From an uncultured Planctomycetaceae bacterium (GTDB lineage Bacteria > Planctomycetota > Planctomycetia > Planctomycetales > Planctomycetaceae): a DNA stretch of 64,000 nucleotides. Numbering within the stretch: position 1 is the stretch's first letter; every line of letters starts with the position of its first letter. The notes below the pieces were generated by a model that worked only from the letters and a program-made list of their open reading frames with translations, did not search any database and had not been told where the DNA came from. This document shows, one piece after another, positions 1 to 13,124 of this stretch. The position numbers and the translations under genes were made by a program. Where the stretch lies: contig CAWFAK010000007.1 of the NCBI GenBank assembly GCA_963813715.1, positions 960,001 through 1,024,000 of the forward strand. Reading direction: 5' to 3'.

Positions 1-688
1 CACCGGGCGATTCCGAGGCGACATGCAGGAACGTCTTTGGCGTCGTGTTCAGAGCAATCGTGCGTAGATGCTCGCCGGCGATGAGCGGGCAGTCCACGAG
101 TTCCTCGAGACTGACAGGCTGAAAGGCGATGCCGTCATTCTTGACGGTGGACTTGAGGGCCGTCGCGAACTGCCAGCGTTCGGGCAGGCGGAGTCGCATC
201 TGGACGCGGGTTTCATGCGCGGTTGGACCTTCGGGATAAACCAAGCAGGTGTTCCAGTTGAGCACGCCGACCGAGGAGTTGCCGTAGCTCAGATGTCCGC
301 TAGCGAGGACGGCGGGCTCGTTGCAAATGTAATCGAGGTGCGCCCGTACCTCGCTCACGCCTGCAGGGACGTCGCAGTGGACGCAGAAAAGTTCGACCTC
401 GTCGCGTTTCCAGCGGATGGGCTTGCCGTCAGTGGTCTCGACGCGAAAGCCGCCGACGTTCTGCAGCGGGCCCTCCGCGGCGTGGCAGCCGGGGATCCAT
501 TTGGGATACCAGAGCCGCAGCGGTCCCGGGTGACAGGGAATGCGGATGTCGGCATGCACGAGCCGGCGCGCCAGTTCGCGGGCATCGACCTCGACCTGTA
601 ACGTCGGCCCCTCGGCCCGGAGGGTGACGGGCGCGGTTTCCAGGAATAGCGCGGTCAGCACGAGGGCCACGAACCAACGAATCGACAT
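1..688 (-). CDS. M61 family (glycyl aminopeptidase-like) peptidase, N-terminal part; runs off the window edge
   Basis: Manual minus-strand translation from ATG 688: signal-like MSIRWFVALVLTALFL, then EVDARELARRLVHADIRIP, LWYPKWIPG, LNWNTCLVYP, LPERWQFATAL and VSLEELVDCPLIAGEH, typical of the M61 N-domain. Absent from the ORF track because no stop falls in the window. Confidence 0.8.
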   Translation of the reverse strand, partial: MSIRWFVALVLTALFLETAPVTLRAEGPTLQVEVDARELARRLVHADIRIPCHPGPLRLWYPKWIPGCHAAEGPLQNVGGFRVETTDGKPIRWKRDEVELFCVHCDVPAGVSEVRAHLDYICNEPAVLASGHLSYGNSSVGVLNWNTCLVYPEGPTAHETRVQMRLRLPERWQFATALKSTVKNDGIAFQPVSLEELVDCPLIAGEHLRTIALNTTPKTFLHVASESPG

Positions 689-1083
689 GATGAGGATTCT
701 CTGTGGAGAGCGGTGGGTCCTGCCGATCAGTTCGCGGGAGCCACTCTCAAGCAAATGCTGGTGAGAGCTTGCGTTGCGGCTAGGATCATTCGAGAGTTGC
801 CGTAACTATTTATCGTATCGGCCAGGGCTACTTCCTGCACAGAATGGCCCCGGCTCACAGCTGCCAACGACGACGTGCTCAGATTGCCCCGACGGGCGTT
901 CCGCAAGGCGACTTCTCACAGGTCAATGACGACGCGGTCGATCTCGAGTCCCGAGTCCAATAGCCCACTTTGTTCGAGTTCTCCGACCTTCGGCCTGCAA
1001 AGGACCCTCTGGATCCGCAGTGCGGGGGCGGAACACTGATGCGGCGTAGCGCTGGGTTCACAAGTTTGTTAGGGGGGACGAGG

Positions 1084-1825
1084 ATGCGAATTCCGATGGA
1101 ACCTAAGGACGCTGAGTTTTGGGACGAGTGGTGGCGGGATCGCCTTTCCAAGGAGCAGGGTTCCTCCGCGTTTCCCTTCTTTGCGTCGCCCATTGGACGT
1201 GACCCGCGTAGTTTATTCCGTCTCTTGAACGGAGATGATTTGTTGGCAACGGTGATGTCCGGACACGGCTTACGAACCATCTTGTGTGCCGGGAACGGCG
1301 TTTCACAGGAGCCGTCGCGCATTGGCGGCGGCGGGGTTTGACGTGACCGCGCTGGACATTTCGCCTCTCGCAGTGTCCCACGCAGAAGCTTATGAGCCAG
1401 ATTTGGACAGTCTCGGTCAGTTTTGCAGCGAAGAGCGACATCGACCGGGAGGGCGAGTTGAATTCGTGGTCGGCAACCTGTTGGACCCTGCAGTGTGCCC
1501 CGGTCCGTTCGACGTTGTCATCGAGCGACGCGCCGTTCAGTGGTTTGCCGAACACGAGCGGTGCGCCGCCTTATCCGCCCTTGCGGGGAGGTTAAACGAA
1601 GTCGGGATCTTCGTGAGCCAATGTCTCGATGACGCCTTCCCTCCGGCCCTTGGATGGTCACAACATAGAAGCGGCTTCTTCCATGCCTCGGATTCCTGGT
1701 TTCGGGAGCACGGCTGGGTCACCTGTGACGAAGTTGCGAGCCCACCATTAACAGGACGTGTAGCTTGGTTGGTCCGAACCGGTTCGATGAAACCACCGCC
1801 CCAGCACATGGACGGACAAATCTGA
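1084..1825 (+). CDS. Class I SAM-dependent methyltransferase (frameshift ~1315)
   Basis: Joining ORF 970..1341 (ILCAGNGVSQEP) to 1286..1825 (RALAAAGFDVTALDISPLAV...FVVGNLLD...GPFDVVIE) restores the Rossmann methyltransferase motifs. Confidence 0.7.
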
Positions 1826-1856
1826 ATATGCCCTACATCACCCACAAGGAGACAAT

Positions 1857-2659
1857 GTGAGCCAAACGCCGTACCCCGACTCGGTACTCGGACAGTCTCA
1901 AGGGCAGCAGGCAACTTCGACGACTCAATGGGGCAAAACGCCGCCCGTTCCAGAAATCAGACAGTTCCTTCAGGGGCCGCAGAAACGCAGTTTCGAGCTG
2001 AGACAGGCCGTCCGCATTTTCCTCGAGATCATGCGTGGCTTCCGCAAGCTTCATTTCCTCGCCCCCTGTGTTACCGTGTTCGGCTCGGCGCGCTTTACAG
2101 ACGAGCATGCGTATTACGGCTTGGCCCGCGAGATCGGCGAGCGGTTGGCTCGCGCCGGCTTCACAGTGATGACTGGCGGCGGCCCCGGCATCATGGAAGC
2201 GGCAAACCGCGGCGCAAAGGCGCCGGTGGCTGCTCGGTCGGCTGCAACATCGAGTTGCCGGAGGAGCAGAAACCCAACGCCTACCTCGATCGTTGGGTAA
2301 CCTTTCGGTACTTCTTTGTGCGCAAGCTGATGCTCGAGAAATACTCCTACGCCTTCATCGCCTTGCCCGGCGGTTTCGGCACCTTGGACGAAATCTTCGA
2401 GACGGCAACTCTCATCCAAACTCACAAGATTAAGAACTTTCCGCTCGTGATCGTGGGCAAGGAATACTGGCAGCCACTGCTCGGTTTTCTGCGTGGCCGA
2501 CTCGTCGAGTCTAAGACCATCGACCCAATCGATGCCGAGCACATCTTGGTGACGGATTCGGCCGAGGAAGCGGTGCAGCTGGTTCGCGACGCGGTGCTGC
2601 GGCAGTTCGGGCTGACTTATGGCCCAAAGATTAAACGCCGCTGGTTCCTGGGGGAATAG
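1857..2659 (+). CDS. LOG family / TIGR00730 Rossmann-fold protein (frameshift ~2220)
   Basis: VTVFGSAR, TGGGPGIMEAANRGA, GCNIELPEEQKPN, YFFVRKLML and LPGGFGTLDE motifs split over two frames. Confidence 0.9.
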
Positions 2660-2774
2660 GATGGATCCTGGCTGCGGGGCCGCTTGTCCGGACTTCAAAG
2701 GGGCGCCGGCTCAAGGCCAGTGATGTTCGTTTCTCCGACCTAACCGCCATCTCTGTCCACAGGAGATTGACCGC

Positions 2775-4254
2775 ATGAACGAGCTGAACGGCACGACCAA
2801 TCTTCGTGCGATCGCCCACAAGGCAATGACCGATCGTGGGCTCGAGCCCGACTTTCCCCCCGACGCGATTCAGCAAGTGAATGGCATACCGGGTCCGGCA
2901 CGCGAAACCGATCACTCGATTCGCGACCTCCGCCATCTCCTCTGGTGTTCAATCGACAACGATTCGTCGAGGGATCTGGACCAGCTCACAGTCGCGGAGA
3001 GGCTTACGGCAGGCGGAGTCAAAGTTCTAGTCGCTATCGCGGACGTCGATGCGATCGTCAAACCCGTGTCGCCGATCGATCGACACGCCAGCACCAACAC
3101 AACCTCCGTCTACACGGCGGCTGAGATCTTCCCCATGCTACCCGAGAGACTTTCGACCGATCTGACCTCTCTGGGGGAGGGGGAAGACCGGCTGGCCCTC
3201 GTCATTGAGATGGAAGTCGCTGCCGACGGATCCATTCAGGAGTCCCAGGTGTACCGAGCCTTGGTCCAGAACCATGCCAAGCTCGCGTATCGCGGCGTCG
3301 CGGCGTGGTTGGACGGCAAGGACCAGATGCCCGAAAAGATCGCTAAGACCAAGGGCTTGGACGAGCAGCTGCGGATGCAGGATCAGATCGCCCAAGTCAT
3401 GAAATCGGTGCGCTACTTGCACGGCGCTGGACCTTGAGACTGACCTTGAGACCATCGAGCCAGACGCCGTGCTGCGGGACGGCCAGGTCATGGATCTGCG
3501 GCTGGAACGGAAGAACCGGGCGCAGGAGTTGATCGAAGACTTCATGATCGCGGCCAACGGAGTGTCCGCGCAGTTTCTTGAGAAGCATGGCGTCCCGGCT
3601 CTCCGGGGCGTCGTTCGCTCTCCGGAACGGTGGGATGCCATCCGTAAGGTCGCCGAGGGATTCTCTGGCGACCTCCCCGCGGAGTCCGATTCCAAGGCGC
3701 TATCGGCCCTTTAAGCACGGCGCCGCTTGGCGGACCCGCTGCGTTTCCCCGACCTGTCGCTGACAATCGTCAAGTTGCTGGGCCGTGGCGAATATGTCGT
3801 TCAGTTCCCGTGGCAACAGTCGCCGGGACACTTCGGGTTGGCCGTTCGGGAGTACAGCCATTCCTCCGCGCCCAACCGCCGATTTCCCGACCTGATTACC
3901 CAGAGGCTGCTGAAGGCCGTATTGATGGAAGACAAGTCACCCTACAGCGCTGCTGAGCTGACGTCGCTAGCGACGCATTGCACCGAGCAGGAAGACGCGG
4001 CCGCGAAGGTCGAGCGCCAAGTGCGGAAATCCGCTGCAGCGCAGTTCCTCTCCGGCCGGATTGGCGAGATCTTCGATGCCCTTGTCACGGGTGCCTCCGA
4101 AAAAGGAACCTGGGTTCGGCTGCTCAAGCCTCCCGCCGAGGGCAAGCTGGTGAGCGGGCAAAAGGGAGTCAAAGTTGGTGACCCGATCAAGGTCCGGCTC
4201 ACCAGCCTCAATATCGAGCGAGGGTTCATCGATTTCGTGCGCTCAGACAAATGA
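2775..4254 (+). CDS. RNB-domain ribonuclease (RNase II/R family), frameshifts ~3425 and ~3712
   Basis: SIDNDSSRDLDQ catalytic motif, AIADV, IEDFMIAAN, HFGLAVREYSHSSAPNRRFPDL and a C-terminal S1-like domain across three ORFs. Confidence 0.9.
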
Positions 4255-4395
4255 GACGGTGGCTCGCCTGGTCGTGGCCACTACTCGAAATCTCCCGCAG
4301 CGCATTGTGCTCGTAATCATTGATGCAGATGGCGCTTCCGCGGTACGCTTGCCGGGGTAATCTCCATCTCAAGCTACCACGAGGGACATGAGTGC

Positions 4396-4746
4396 ATGGC
4401 TAAGAAGAGCGAGGGCTTCAATCTGTCCGCGACGATTCGGGAATTCCGGAAGAGCCACAGAGGCCTCCCGGCGACAGCTGCCTTGGCAGCAGTTAAGAAG
4501 GCACACCCGAAACAGAAAATAAATGACGGCACGTTCAGGGCGACCTTCTACAAACTTGCCGGCGGCGGGAAGAAGAGGTCCGTCAGGAGACGCAAGCCCG
4601 GATCTATTGTTCCGGGCCACGGTAACGCCGACCACATCATGAAGGCTGGACTCAACTTCATCATGGCGGCGGGTGGCGTCGAGGCGGCCAGAGAAAGACT
4701 CGTTGGCTTAGAGCAGTTGATCGAGACGGCCAAAGAGGTCGACTAG
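4396..4746 (+). CDS. Small basic hypothetical protein, possibly DNA-binding
   Basis: 116-aa Lys/Arg-rich ORF; GAGG upstream; SATIRE...GGVEAARERL pattern. Confidence 0.6.
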   Translation: MAKKSEGFNLSATIREFRKSHRGLPATAALAAVKKAHPKQKINDGTFRATFYKLAGGGKKRSVRRRKPGSIVPGHGNADHIMKAGLNFIMAAGGVEAARERLVGLEQLIETAKEVD

Positions 4747-4848
4747 AAGTTGACTCGCCGTCGCGCTGGTTCGGCGACCGGTCCGCACAGGTTCAGCTGC
4801 CCGATCGATGATTCACCAAGCAAAACCGACAATCGGGAGCGACGATCA

Positions 4849-4872
4849 AGTGGCGGGAATCGAACCCGCGTT
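4849..4872 (-). other. Orphan tRNA/tmRNA T-arm and 3'-end fragment (att-like scar)
   Basis: Minus strand reads AACGCGGGTTCGATTCCCGCCACT: T-stem GCGGG/CCCGC with a TTCGATT loop. No D arm, anticodon arm or CCA. Confidence 0.6.
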
Positions 4873-5524
4873 CTAACTTAAGCGAAAGCGCCCGTTGCCT
4901 TTTGCGAAAAGTGCCAACTCCGCTGCGCTGCACGGGCGCTGCAAACGGGCGGTCCTAATTGTCATTTCCTGTCATCGATTGACCCTGATTTGTAACGCGT
5001 CATCGCGGCGTGGAGGGTTTGCCGGTTGCGATTCGGAAGGCAGCGATCGCGCTGATTGGGTCTCAGTGAGTGATTGGCTTCAGGGTGTACGGAGGGTGGT
5101 TTCCGGTTTCCTGGTAGCCTCCGTCTGCGATTTTGAGCTGGTTCTGATCCTTTGACTCGGACCCTTGTTCCTGAATGCCCTCTTCCTTCGGAAGAGTCAT
5201 CGTTCGAAATGTGCCCACCAGCCGTTGGACATCTTGTCCGCAATCCCGGCGACGCGGGAATTCTGTTCGACTTTACGCGACCCGTGTGTTTCCAAAGGCC
5301 AGTATGTGGCCATCGATGCGCCGATGCGCGGCGGAGCCGACGCCCGTGAGCAGCACCGCCCGCACAGCCTCCTCGCGACGAAGCGCGTCGCAGGCCAGAT
5401 GCTGTCGTCTCAACTTCATCTCGGCTTGGTTTGTCTCGCTCCGAGGATTCGCGTTGCGACGAGTCTCGATTTAAGATGAAACCTCTAGTTTCCATCCGGT
5501 CGCAACCGCAGCGTTTTGGACGTC

Positions 5525-6016
5525 ATGCAAACTGCCGTATTCCATATCGACATCGTCGCCGCAGTTTTGGCCGGCTATGCCGAACGACGCGTGTTCCATG
5601 GATTCAGTCGAGGTCCTATTTCGGGCGGAAAGGCGAGCTTCCAAATTGTCTGGCATCGTGGCCGGGTTTTCGAGCTTGCCTTCGACGCCCGTGCGGGCAC
5701 ACTGCGGGTGCTCAACCTGCTGACGGGCATTCCGGCAGAGTCGTCGATGCACGAGGACTTGAAAGCCTTTATCAGGTCACGGCAGTCCGACGCGTTGCCC
5801 GATCACCGTCGCCTTGACGCGCGAAAAACGCAAGTCCGCACCTACAATCGCAGCGGAAACATCTTGCTCGTGATCAAGGTTATGGACGGCGACAGTGAAT
5901 ACGCGGTCCGCAAGCTGGTGCACTTAATCAATGAGATTTATCTGACGTTTCTGGCGGACGGCAAATACTTCGACTATCTGGTTGATACTTTCAACCTCGA
6001 TCCCGATCGAATGTAG
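5525..6016 (+). CDS. Hypothetical protein, first gene of the cytochrome c / ThDP-enzyme cluster
   Basis: Protein-like ~163-aa ORF co-oriented with the next two genes. Confidence 0.65.
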   Translation: MQTAVFHIDIVAAVLAGYAERRVFHGFSRGPISGGKASFQIVWHRGRVFELAFDARAGTLRVLNLLTGIPAESSMHEDLKAFIRSRQSDALPDHRRLDARKTQVRTYNRSGNILLVIKVMDGDSEYAVRKLVHLINEIYLTFLADGKYFDYLVDTFNLDPDRM

Positions 6017-6082
6017 GTGAGGCGTCGGGGGCCCGCCCAACTCCGTGGACGTCGTTCGAGCGACCAGAGTGAGACCTGATCC

Positions 6083-6553
6083 ATGACCCGGCGACTCGGT
6101 GCAAAGGCTTTCTTGATCGCAACCTGTTTCGCAGCTGCGATCACGGCGACCTCCACGACGTGGTCCGGCGACGAACCGGCAAAAACCTCCGGCGCACTTC
6201 TGACGAGGGAAGAAGCGCGCAAGCTGAAGTCGCCCGTTCCGTTTAGCAAGGCGTCGATTGCACGCGGCAAAATCCTCTACACGCGCGCCTGCACCGAGTG
6301 TCACGGTGCCGACGGCAAATCGCTCGTCGACGTCATCGCAAACGCGACCGACCTCACCAACCCCAAGGCCTGGAAAAGCGGGACGTCCGAAGGAGAAATC
6401 TTCCGCAGCATCCGCGACGGCGCCGGCGAGGCGATGCCCCCGTTTGCCGACAAGGTGTCCAAGGACGAGGACCTCTGGAACCTGGTCAATTACCTGCGCA
6501 ATCTGTGGCCCGATTCGGCACGCCCCAAGTTAGAAAAAAAGACGACCCACTAA
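6083..6553 (+). CDS. Secreted monoheme c-type cytochrome
   Basis: Signal peptide, CTECH heme motif, distal Met in AMPPF. Confidence 0.9.
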   Translation: MTRRLGAKAFLIATCFAAAITATSTTWSGDEPAKTSGALLTREEARKLKSPVPFSKASIARGKILYTRACTECHGADGKSLVDVIANATDLTNPKAWKSGTSEGEIFRSIRDGAGEAMPPFADKVSKDEDLWNLVNYLRNLWPDSARPKLEKKTTH

Positions 6554-6586
6554 CCGCTTCACTCGCGCAAGAAAGGCGGAACCCCT

Positions 6587-8560
<1,974 letters not shown>

Positions 8561-8862
8561 CGGGCGGCGTCGTCGCGGATCAAGCGAGACGCTCCAGCAA
8601 GCCGGAGGAAACTAAGGCCGGCTGTCGCAAGCTGATTCGATTGCCGATCTCGAGATGATCCGTTCTGGCTTCCGTCTCCTCGAGGCGAAGGATTGGGCGT
8701 TCTTCGAGTTCCCCACGGTCGCCAGCCGTTGATGGTATTCGTCTTGGCCGCACTAGCGCCCCGCTGAGAGGCTCCTCACGCTACGAGGCACTTCCCGCCG
8801 GCTCAACAGCTCGGAGATCTACCCAGAGGCTCCGGGGATCTCCAGACTGTCTCATTCCGTCC

Positions 8863-9333
8863 TCAAGGCAACGTGAACTCGCCCCTGAAAATCGGCGGCA
8901 CGCACGGGAAAGCCTGATCGCCGGGTCCCGTCGCCGCGAGAAGGCGCCGACTAGCCGGTTGAACATCGTGTCCGCTAAATCGGCCGACGCGGCCATCCTG
9001 ACTGAGACCCTGCGCGACAGAGTTGTTCGCAATTGCGTGTTTGAAGCATTGATGCGCCGACGGGCGCTGCGCGTAACGCGCGTAACCCCCGACACAGATG
9101 CGCTCGCCGACTCGGGTCTGATCTCTGTTGACGAAGGTTCCGTTCTTGCTGGCCAGATCGCGGATTCTCAGCGTGTAGTCGTCCAACAACAGCACGCAAT
9201 GATGCCGGCTGACCGAGTTCGAGTCGAGCACCAGGTGACAGTCGGTTTCGCGGCCGAGAATGAACTTGCCACGCGGAACTTGAAACGTCTGTCCGCAAAA
9301 CGGGCCCGAAATGACGGTGAAGGAAGCTTGCAT
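8863..9333 (-). pseudogene. FHA-domain protein, apparently degenerate after the FHA core
   Basis: ILGRETDCHLVLDSNSVSRHHC...RDLASKNGTFVN FHA motifs; downstream sequence loses resemblance. Confidence 0.7.
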
Positions 9334-9630
9334 CTTGCAAACTCTGCGTGGCGAGCTGGCCGAGTTCGATGCCAGCCATACGCATCCCTCGACGCAAACA
9401 AATAAACTGCGGGCCTGCATCCAGCTTGGAATTCGGCGAGCCAACAAGATGGCCACTGGGCCGGCGATAGGTGGAGCACCCTTCCTACCGAGCCGCGGCA
9501 ATGAGTCGGACGGGCGGCATTCACTCCCGGAAATGGGTCGTTTTTCGCGGCGTACCCAGCAAACGGACGAGTTTCTGAAAGCCGTTCTCCATTTCCTTCC
9601 GAGCAGATGTCTCCTTGCGGTGCGACCGAG

Positions 9631-9941
9631 CTACAAACCCGCACTTTCCGGTTTGGAGAAGATCGGAGGGCGTGGGCGCAGCTCTTTCACCCATGCGAGG
9701 TCGCGGACCCTCAGGCGGGGCACAACGAGTCCTTCGCGCACGGTTGTTAGCCACCGTGACTTCTGCCGCCGCGCAATGCTATTGAGCCAAACCAGTGCGA
9801 AGACCGCGTAAGCAATCCACAAGCCATCGCCGAGCAGTTCGCTCGCCAGATCCGGTTCGCGAAATTCCAACTGTTGGAGCTTCGCCACCCATTGTGCTTG
9901 TTGCTCCGCGCTAAGTCGCGGGCTGTTGTTGAGCTTGGTCA
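9631..9941 (-). CDS. Hypothetical protein
   Basis: Protein-like segment with a hydrophobic stretch (LWIAYAVFALVWL); start uncertain. Confidence 0.35.
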
Positions 9942-10132
9942 CAGTATTGGCCCTCGGACGGTGAGATTCTGAAACGACGAGCTCCCGAAAATCCCGGGCG
10001 CTGAGCGAGTCACACGAACGATTCAGCTCATCCGTCGGGACATCCGGCGGCGCTCGGGTGCGAGGTGCGACAAGGAGGGCTCCAAGGCTTCCCTGGGACC
10101 TAATCCGCCGACCACACTGTGCCCGTGCTAGA

Positions 10133-10325
10133 CAAAGCGGAATCGGCGACGAAATCACCCCACAATTCGCAGCGATTCCCGCGAGAAGTCTCAGTCGGCT
10201 TGGGCGTTTCAGTCCGTCCCAGCTCGGTATAGAGCCACGCCGGAGCGTAAGCCCAATAGCAATCAGCCGTTGTCGAAGAGATGCCGAGTGCTTCGGAAGC
10301 TTGCGGTGTCGACCGACCCGCGAAA
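10133..10325. repeat. ~190-bp dispersed repeat, copy 1 (ECF 3' end plus downstream DNA)
   Basis: Aligns by eye to 19306..19501 with long identical blocks such as GCGGAATCGGCGACGAAATCACCCCACAATTCGC and GCTTGCGGTGTCGACCGACCCGCGAAA. Confidence 0.9.
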
Positions 10326-10460
10326 GAATTCGAGCGAGCGCTACTCAGCGACAACCTCGACGTTCTCCAGAGTTTGCCGACTCTGCGCATCGCCTCCACA
10401 TTGGCTTGCTTGCGACGCGCTTGGTCAATGAGGATCCGCCGGATAGCCTCGGCCGCCACC
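10205..10460 (-). pseudogene. Relic of a TIGR02999-type ECF sigma factor
   Basis: AAEAIRRILIDQARRK and FAGRSTPQASEALGISSTTADCYWAYAPAWL match the intact sigmas at 17884 and 32958; the N-terminus and the middle are missing. Confidence 0.75.
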
Positions 10461-10908
10461 GCTTCCGACAGGTCGAAGCCCGACAACACCTGTTGCAAGA
10501 AAGGTTCGAATTCTGCCGCGGATTTCAGGGCGATTTCTCCGCTACCCCGGCCCGAGGCCTTATTCCGCCAAAACGTATGGCAATCCGGTGCACGGAAGCG
10601 CGTGCTGAAATACGGATGAGTTTCTGCCTGTGACCGCGGCACTTATCGGTCCTTGGCGTGGCCGCGAGAAGGTATGAGATTACGGGAGAGTAGCCGGTGT
10701 GACGACCAAATACGCCTCATTTCGCCCGTGTTGATCCAATCGGCCGAGGGTCCGTGGAAATACGGATCCCGATTTTTGGCTTGTAACGCGCTTGCGACCA
10801 CGCTGCAGAAAGTCGGAAAGAAAGCCAACTGGGCTAGCAAAAAAAGATTCCAGGCTCGACTTCGCGGACTACGAGAAGGAAGAACCGTAGTCCCTGTGAG
10901 AAGCGGAA

Positions 10909-11886
10909 ATGGCGAGTCGCACTGTCGGCGAAAGTGTTATGGACTGGGCAGTCATTCGTGAGGAGGCGTTAGCTGGCCTCACGGTGTCAGTGATGCCGCC
11001 GAAGGTCCGGCTTCCCGCGTTACCGCACGCTGTCACGCTATTCGTGCAACGATCTCGAGATGAGACGGTCTTGTTGAAGGACCTGGCGAAGATTCTGGAG
11101 ACGGATGCCGGGTTGACGATCCAGCTGCTCAAGTACGTGAATTCCTCGTTCTTGGCAGTCCAAAAAAAGGTGGTTAGCGCATTTCAAGCTCTCTCGATAT
11201 TGGGATGCCAACACAGCCTCCGGTTCGTGATCGCGACCGGAATGGAGGCGGCAATCCGGGCTCACGACTCAAAGCTCATCAACCAAAACGCCTTCTGGAG
11301 CACGAACCTTCAAAAGGCGATCTTCTCGCGCGAGATCGCCTTGCTCCTGAAGACGGATCCCGAAGTCGCGTTCGTCGGTTCACTCCTGCAGGACTACGTG
11401 CTCCCGGTCCTGACGGACGACTTGTGCGATTACTATCGCCAGTTCGTGCAGGCCGAAGACACAAATGCACAAACCCTGAGTGAATTCGAGCGGGCCACTT
11501 TCGGGTGGGACCATGAATTGGTCGGCGCCTGCCTGGCGCATGCCTGGAACTTGCCGGACGAGCTTGTGTGCTGCATTCGTTATCATCACAGCGGATTGCA
11601 AATCTTGAGCGACCCGAGGCTGGGCCGATCGCCGGTCGCCGCGACCGCGCTGTCGGCTCTACTTCCCGACCGGTTCTGCGAGCACCATCACGGCTTAGAG
11701 CTCTTAATGCAACTGCAACGCACCTGGCCGGCCTTCTGTCTCCAACGGTTGGCCGAGTCGGTCGACCGACAGTACGTGCAGATGGGCCTGGGAATCCACA
11801 ATGATCCCCTCCTGCCACGTTGTAAGAGCTTGGCAAACGAACATTCCGCCTGTTCCGTTGGGACATTCGATGCGGCAGAAGGGTGA
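10909..11886 (+). CDS. HDOD domain protein
   Basis: LPALP, DAGLTIQLLKYVNSS, AFVGSLLQD, DHELVGACLAHAWNLP and IRYHH motifs. Confidence 0.88.
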   Translation: MASRTVGESVMDWAVIREEALAGLTVSVMPPKVRLPALPHAVTLFVQRSRDETVLLKDLAKILETDAGLTIQLLKYVNSSFLAVQKKVVSAFQALSILGCQHSLRFVIATGMEAAIRAHDSKLINQNAFWSTNLQKAIFSREIALLLKTDPEVAFVGSLLQDYVLPVLTDDLCDYYRQFVQAEDTNAQTLSEFERATFGWDHELVGACLAHAWNLPDELVCCIRYHHSGLQILSDPRLGRSPVAATALSALLPDRFCEHHHGLELLMQLQRTWPAFCLQRLAESVDRQYVQMGLGIHNDPLLPRCKSLANEHSACSVGTFDAAEG

Positions 11887-12066
11887 CACGCGCGCCAGCT
11901 CGTTCTGATGGCGACCAACGTGCGATCACGCCCTAAAACCGTGCCCACACCTGCCAGTACCGGGATTCTTCGCATTTCAAGAGTTACTGCTCAGACGGTC
12001 GGACCCGCCAACTGGTGGACTCGGCCAGCCGACATTGGTCTGGCGACTGAAATAGGAGGGCGGACC

Positions 12067-12726
12067 ATGAGTGGAATCCGGACGCACGAGATCGTCAATC
12101 TCATCAAGTCCTCCGATCACTGGGCGGAGATACTCAAGATCGCCAAAGATTTTCGCGGTCGATCGAATTCCGAGACGATGGCGTTGGCCAAACAAAAGGG
12201 GCTGTATCGGTCGAGAAGCGTGGATGCGCGAATCGTGTTGGAACCCTTGATCGTCCAGGACCCCAGCGGAGTCAGCGTGCTCGTGTCGTTTGAGGTCTGT
12301 CGTCAGCAGGTCAAAGCTTCCGTCGAGACGCCGAGAGGGAAGCTGGAAGAAGTCACGGCCGTGATCGGCGACGAGATCAAGGAGCACTTCGAAAGAGCCG
12401 AGGGAAGGCCGCAATTGTGCCCGTGGAGTCGCTCGGAATTGAGAGGCTTCGTGACGAAGATCCGACAACTCTATCGCGTCCGGGTTGTGGACGGACAGGA
12501 CCCGCGTGTAGAGAAAACCGAGAGGAAGGCCGGGCGAAGACTTTCGTTCGTCGTGCGCCGCTTCCGCCTTACGGGTCCAATGCAGCTCGTGTTGAGCGTT
12601 TACGCCTCGGACAGCGCTGTGCATGCGAAGCGAGTCTTTGACCCGAGCGTACCCGAAGTGCCGGACGGAGAAACTCTGCAAAGTTGGATCAACGCCTGGT
12701 TGGATCAGTCTGAGGGAAAATCGTGA
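12067..12726 (+). CDS. Hypothetical protein
   Basis: AGGAGG RBS upstream of ATG 12067; 219-aa protein-like ORF. Confidence 0.65.
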   Translation: MSGIRTHEIVNLIKSSDHWAEILKIAKDFRGRSNSETMALAKQKGLYRSRSVDARIVLEPLIVQDPSGVSVLVSFEVCRQQVKASVETPRGKLEEVTAVIGDEIKEHFERAEGRPQLCPWSRSELRGFVTKIRQLYRVRVVDGQDPRVEKTERKAGRRLSFVVRRFRLTGPMQLVLSVYASDSAVHAKRVFDPSVPEVPDGETLQSWINAWLDQSEGKS

Positions 12727-13124
12727 AACACGCTACCAGCGGATGCCTCGTGGTCTCAGCGGGGGTTTGTCGGCCCGGATGTAGCCGAGCACTCGCACGA
12801 TTTCTGGGATGGTCGCACGTCTCGTGCGTGTCGCCCGCCTGCGGCGGCTTTTAAGGGAATCGTTCGTCAGAGGGACCGCCCCGGGTTGGTGAATTCTTGG
12901 ACTGGAACGCTGCCCCCACGCTTGTCCGGAACGGACGAAGAGCGCGGCTACGATGCGCCGCGCGACCGCCGTCCAATCCCGTAATTGGGTCGTTTGATGC
13001 AACGTCCGAGAAACGGTTGAGATTATTGGACAACCGCGCGAGCGACCACAGAATTCTTCGGCAGCAATAGCTGAGAGCCCTGTCGATTCGGACACCGTGG
13101 CGCGATGTGCAATAGACAAATGTG

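Noticed and set aside
68..601. 177-aa plus-strand ORF
   Set aside because: Antisense shadow of the M61 peptidase on the minus strand.
5152..5349. Cys-containing 65-aa ORF as a peptide precursor
   Set aside because: TTG start, no RBS, no leader motif and no adjacent maturase.
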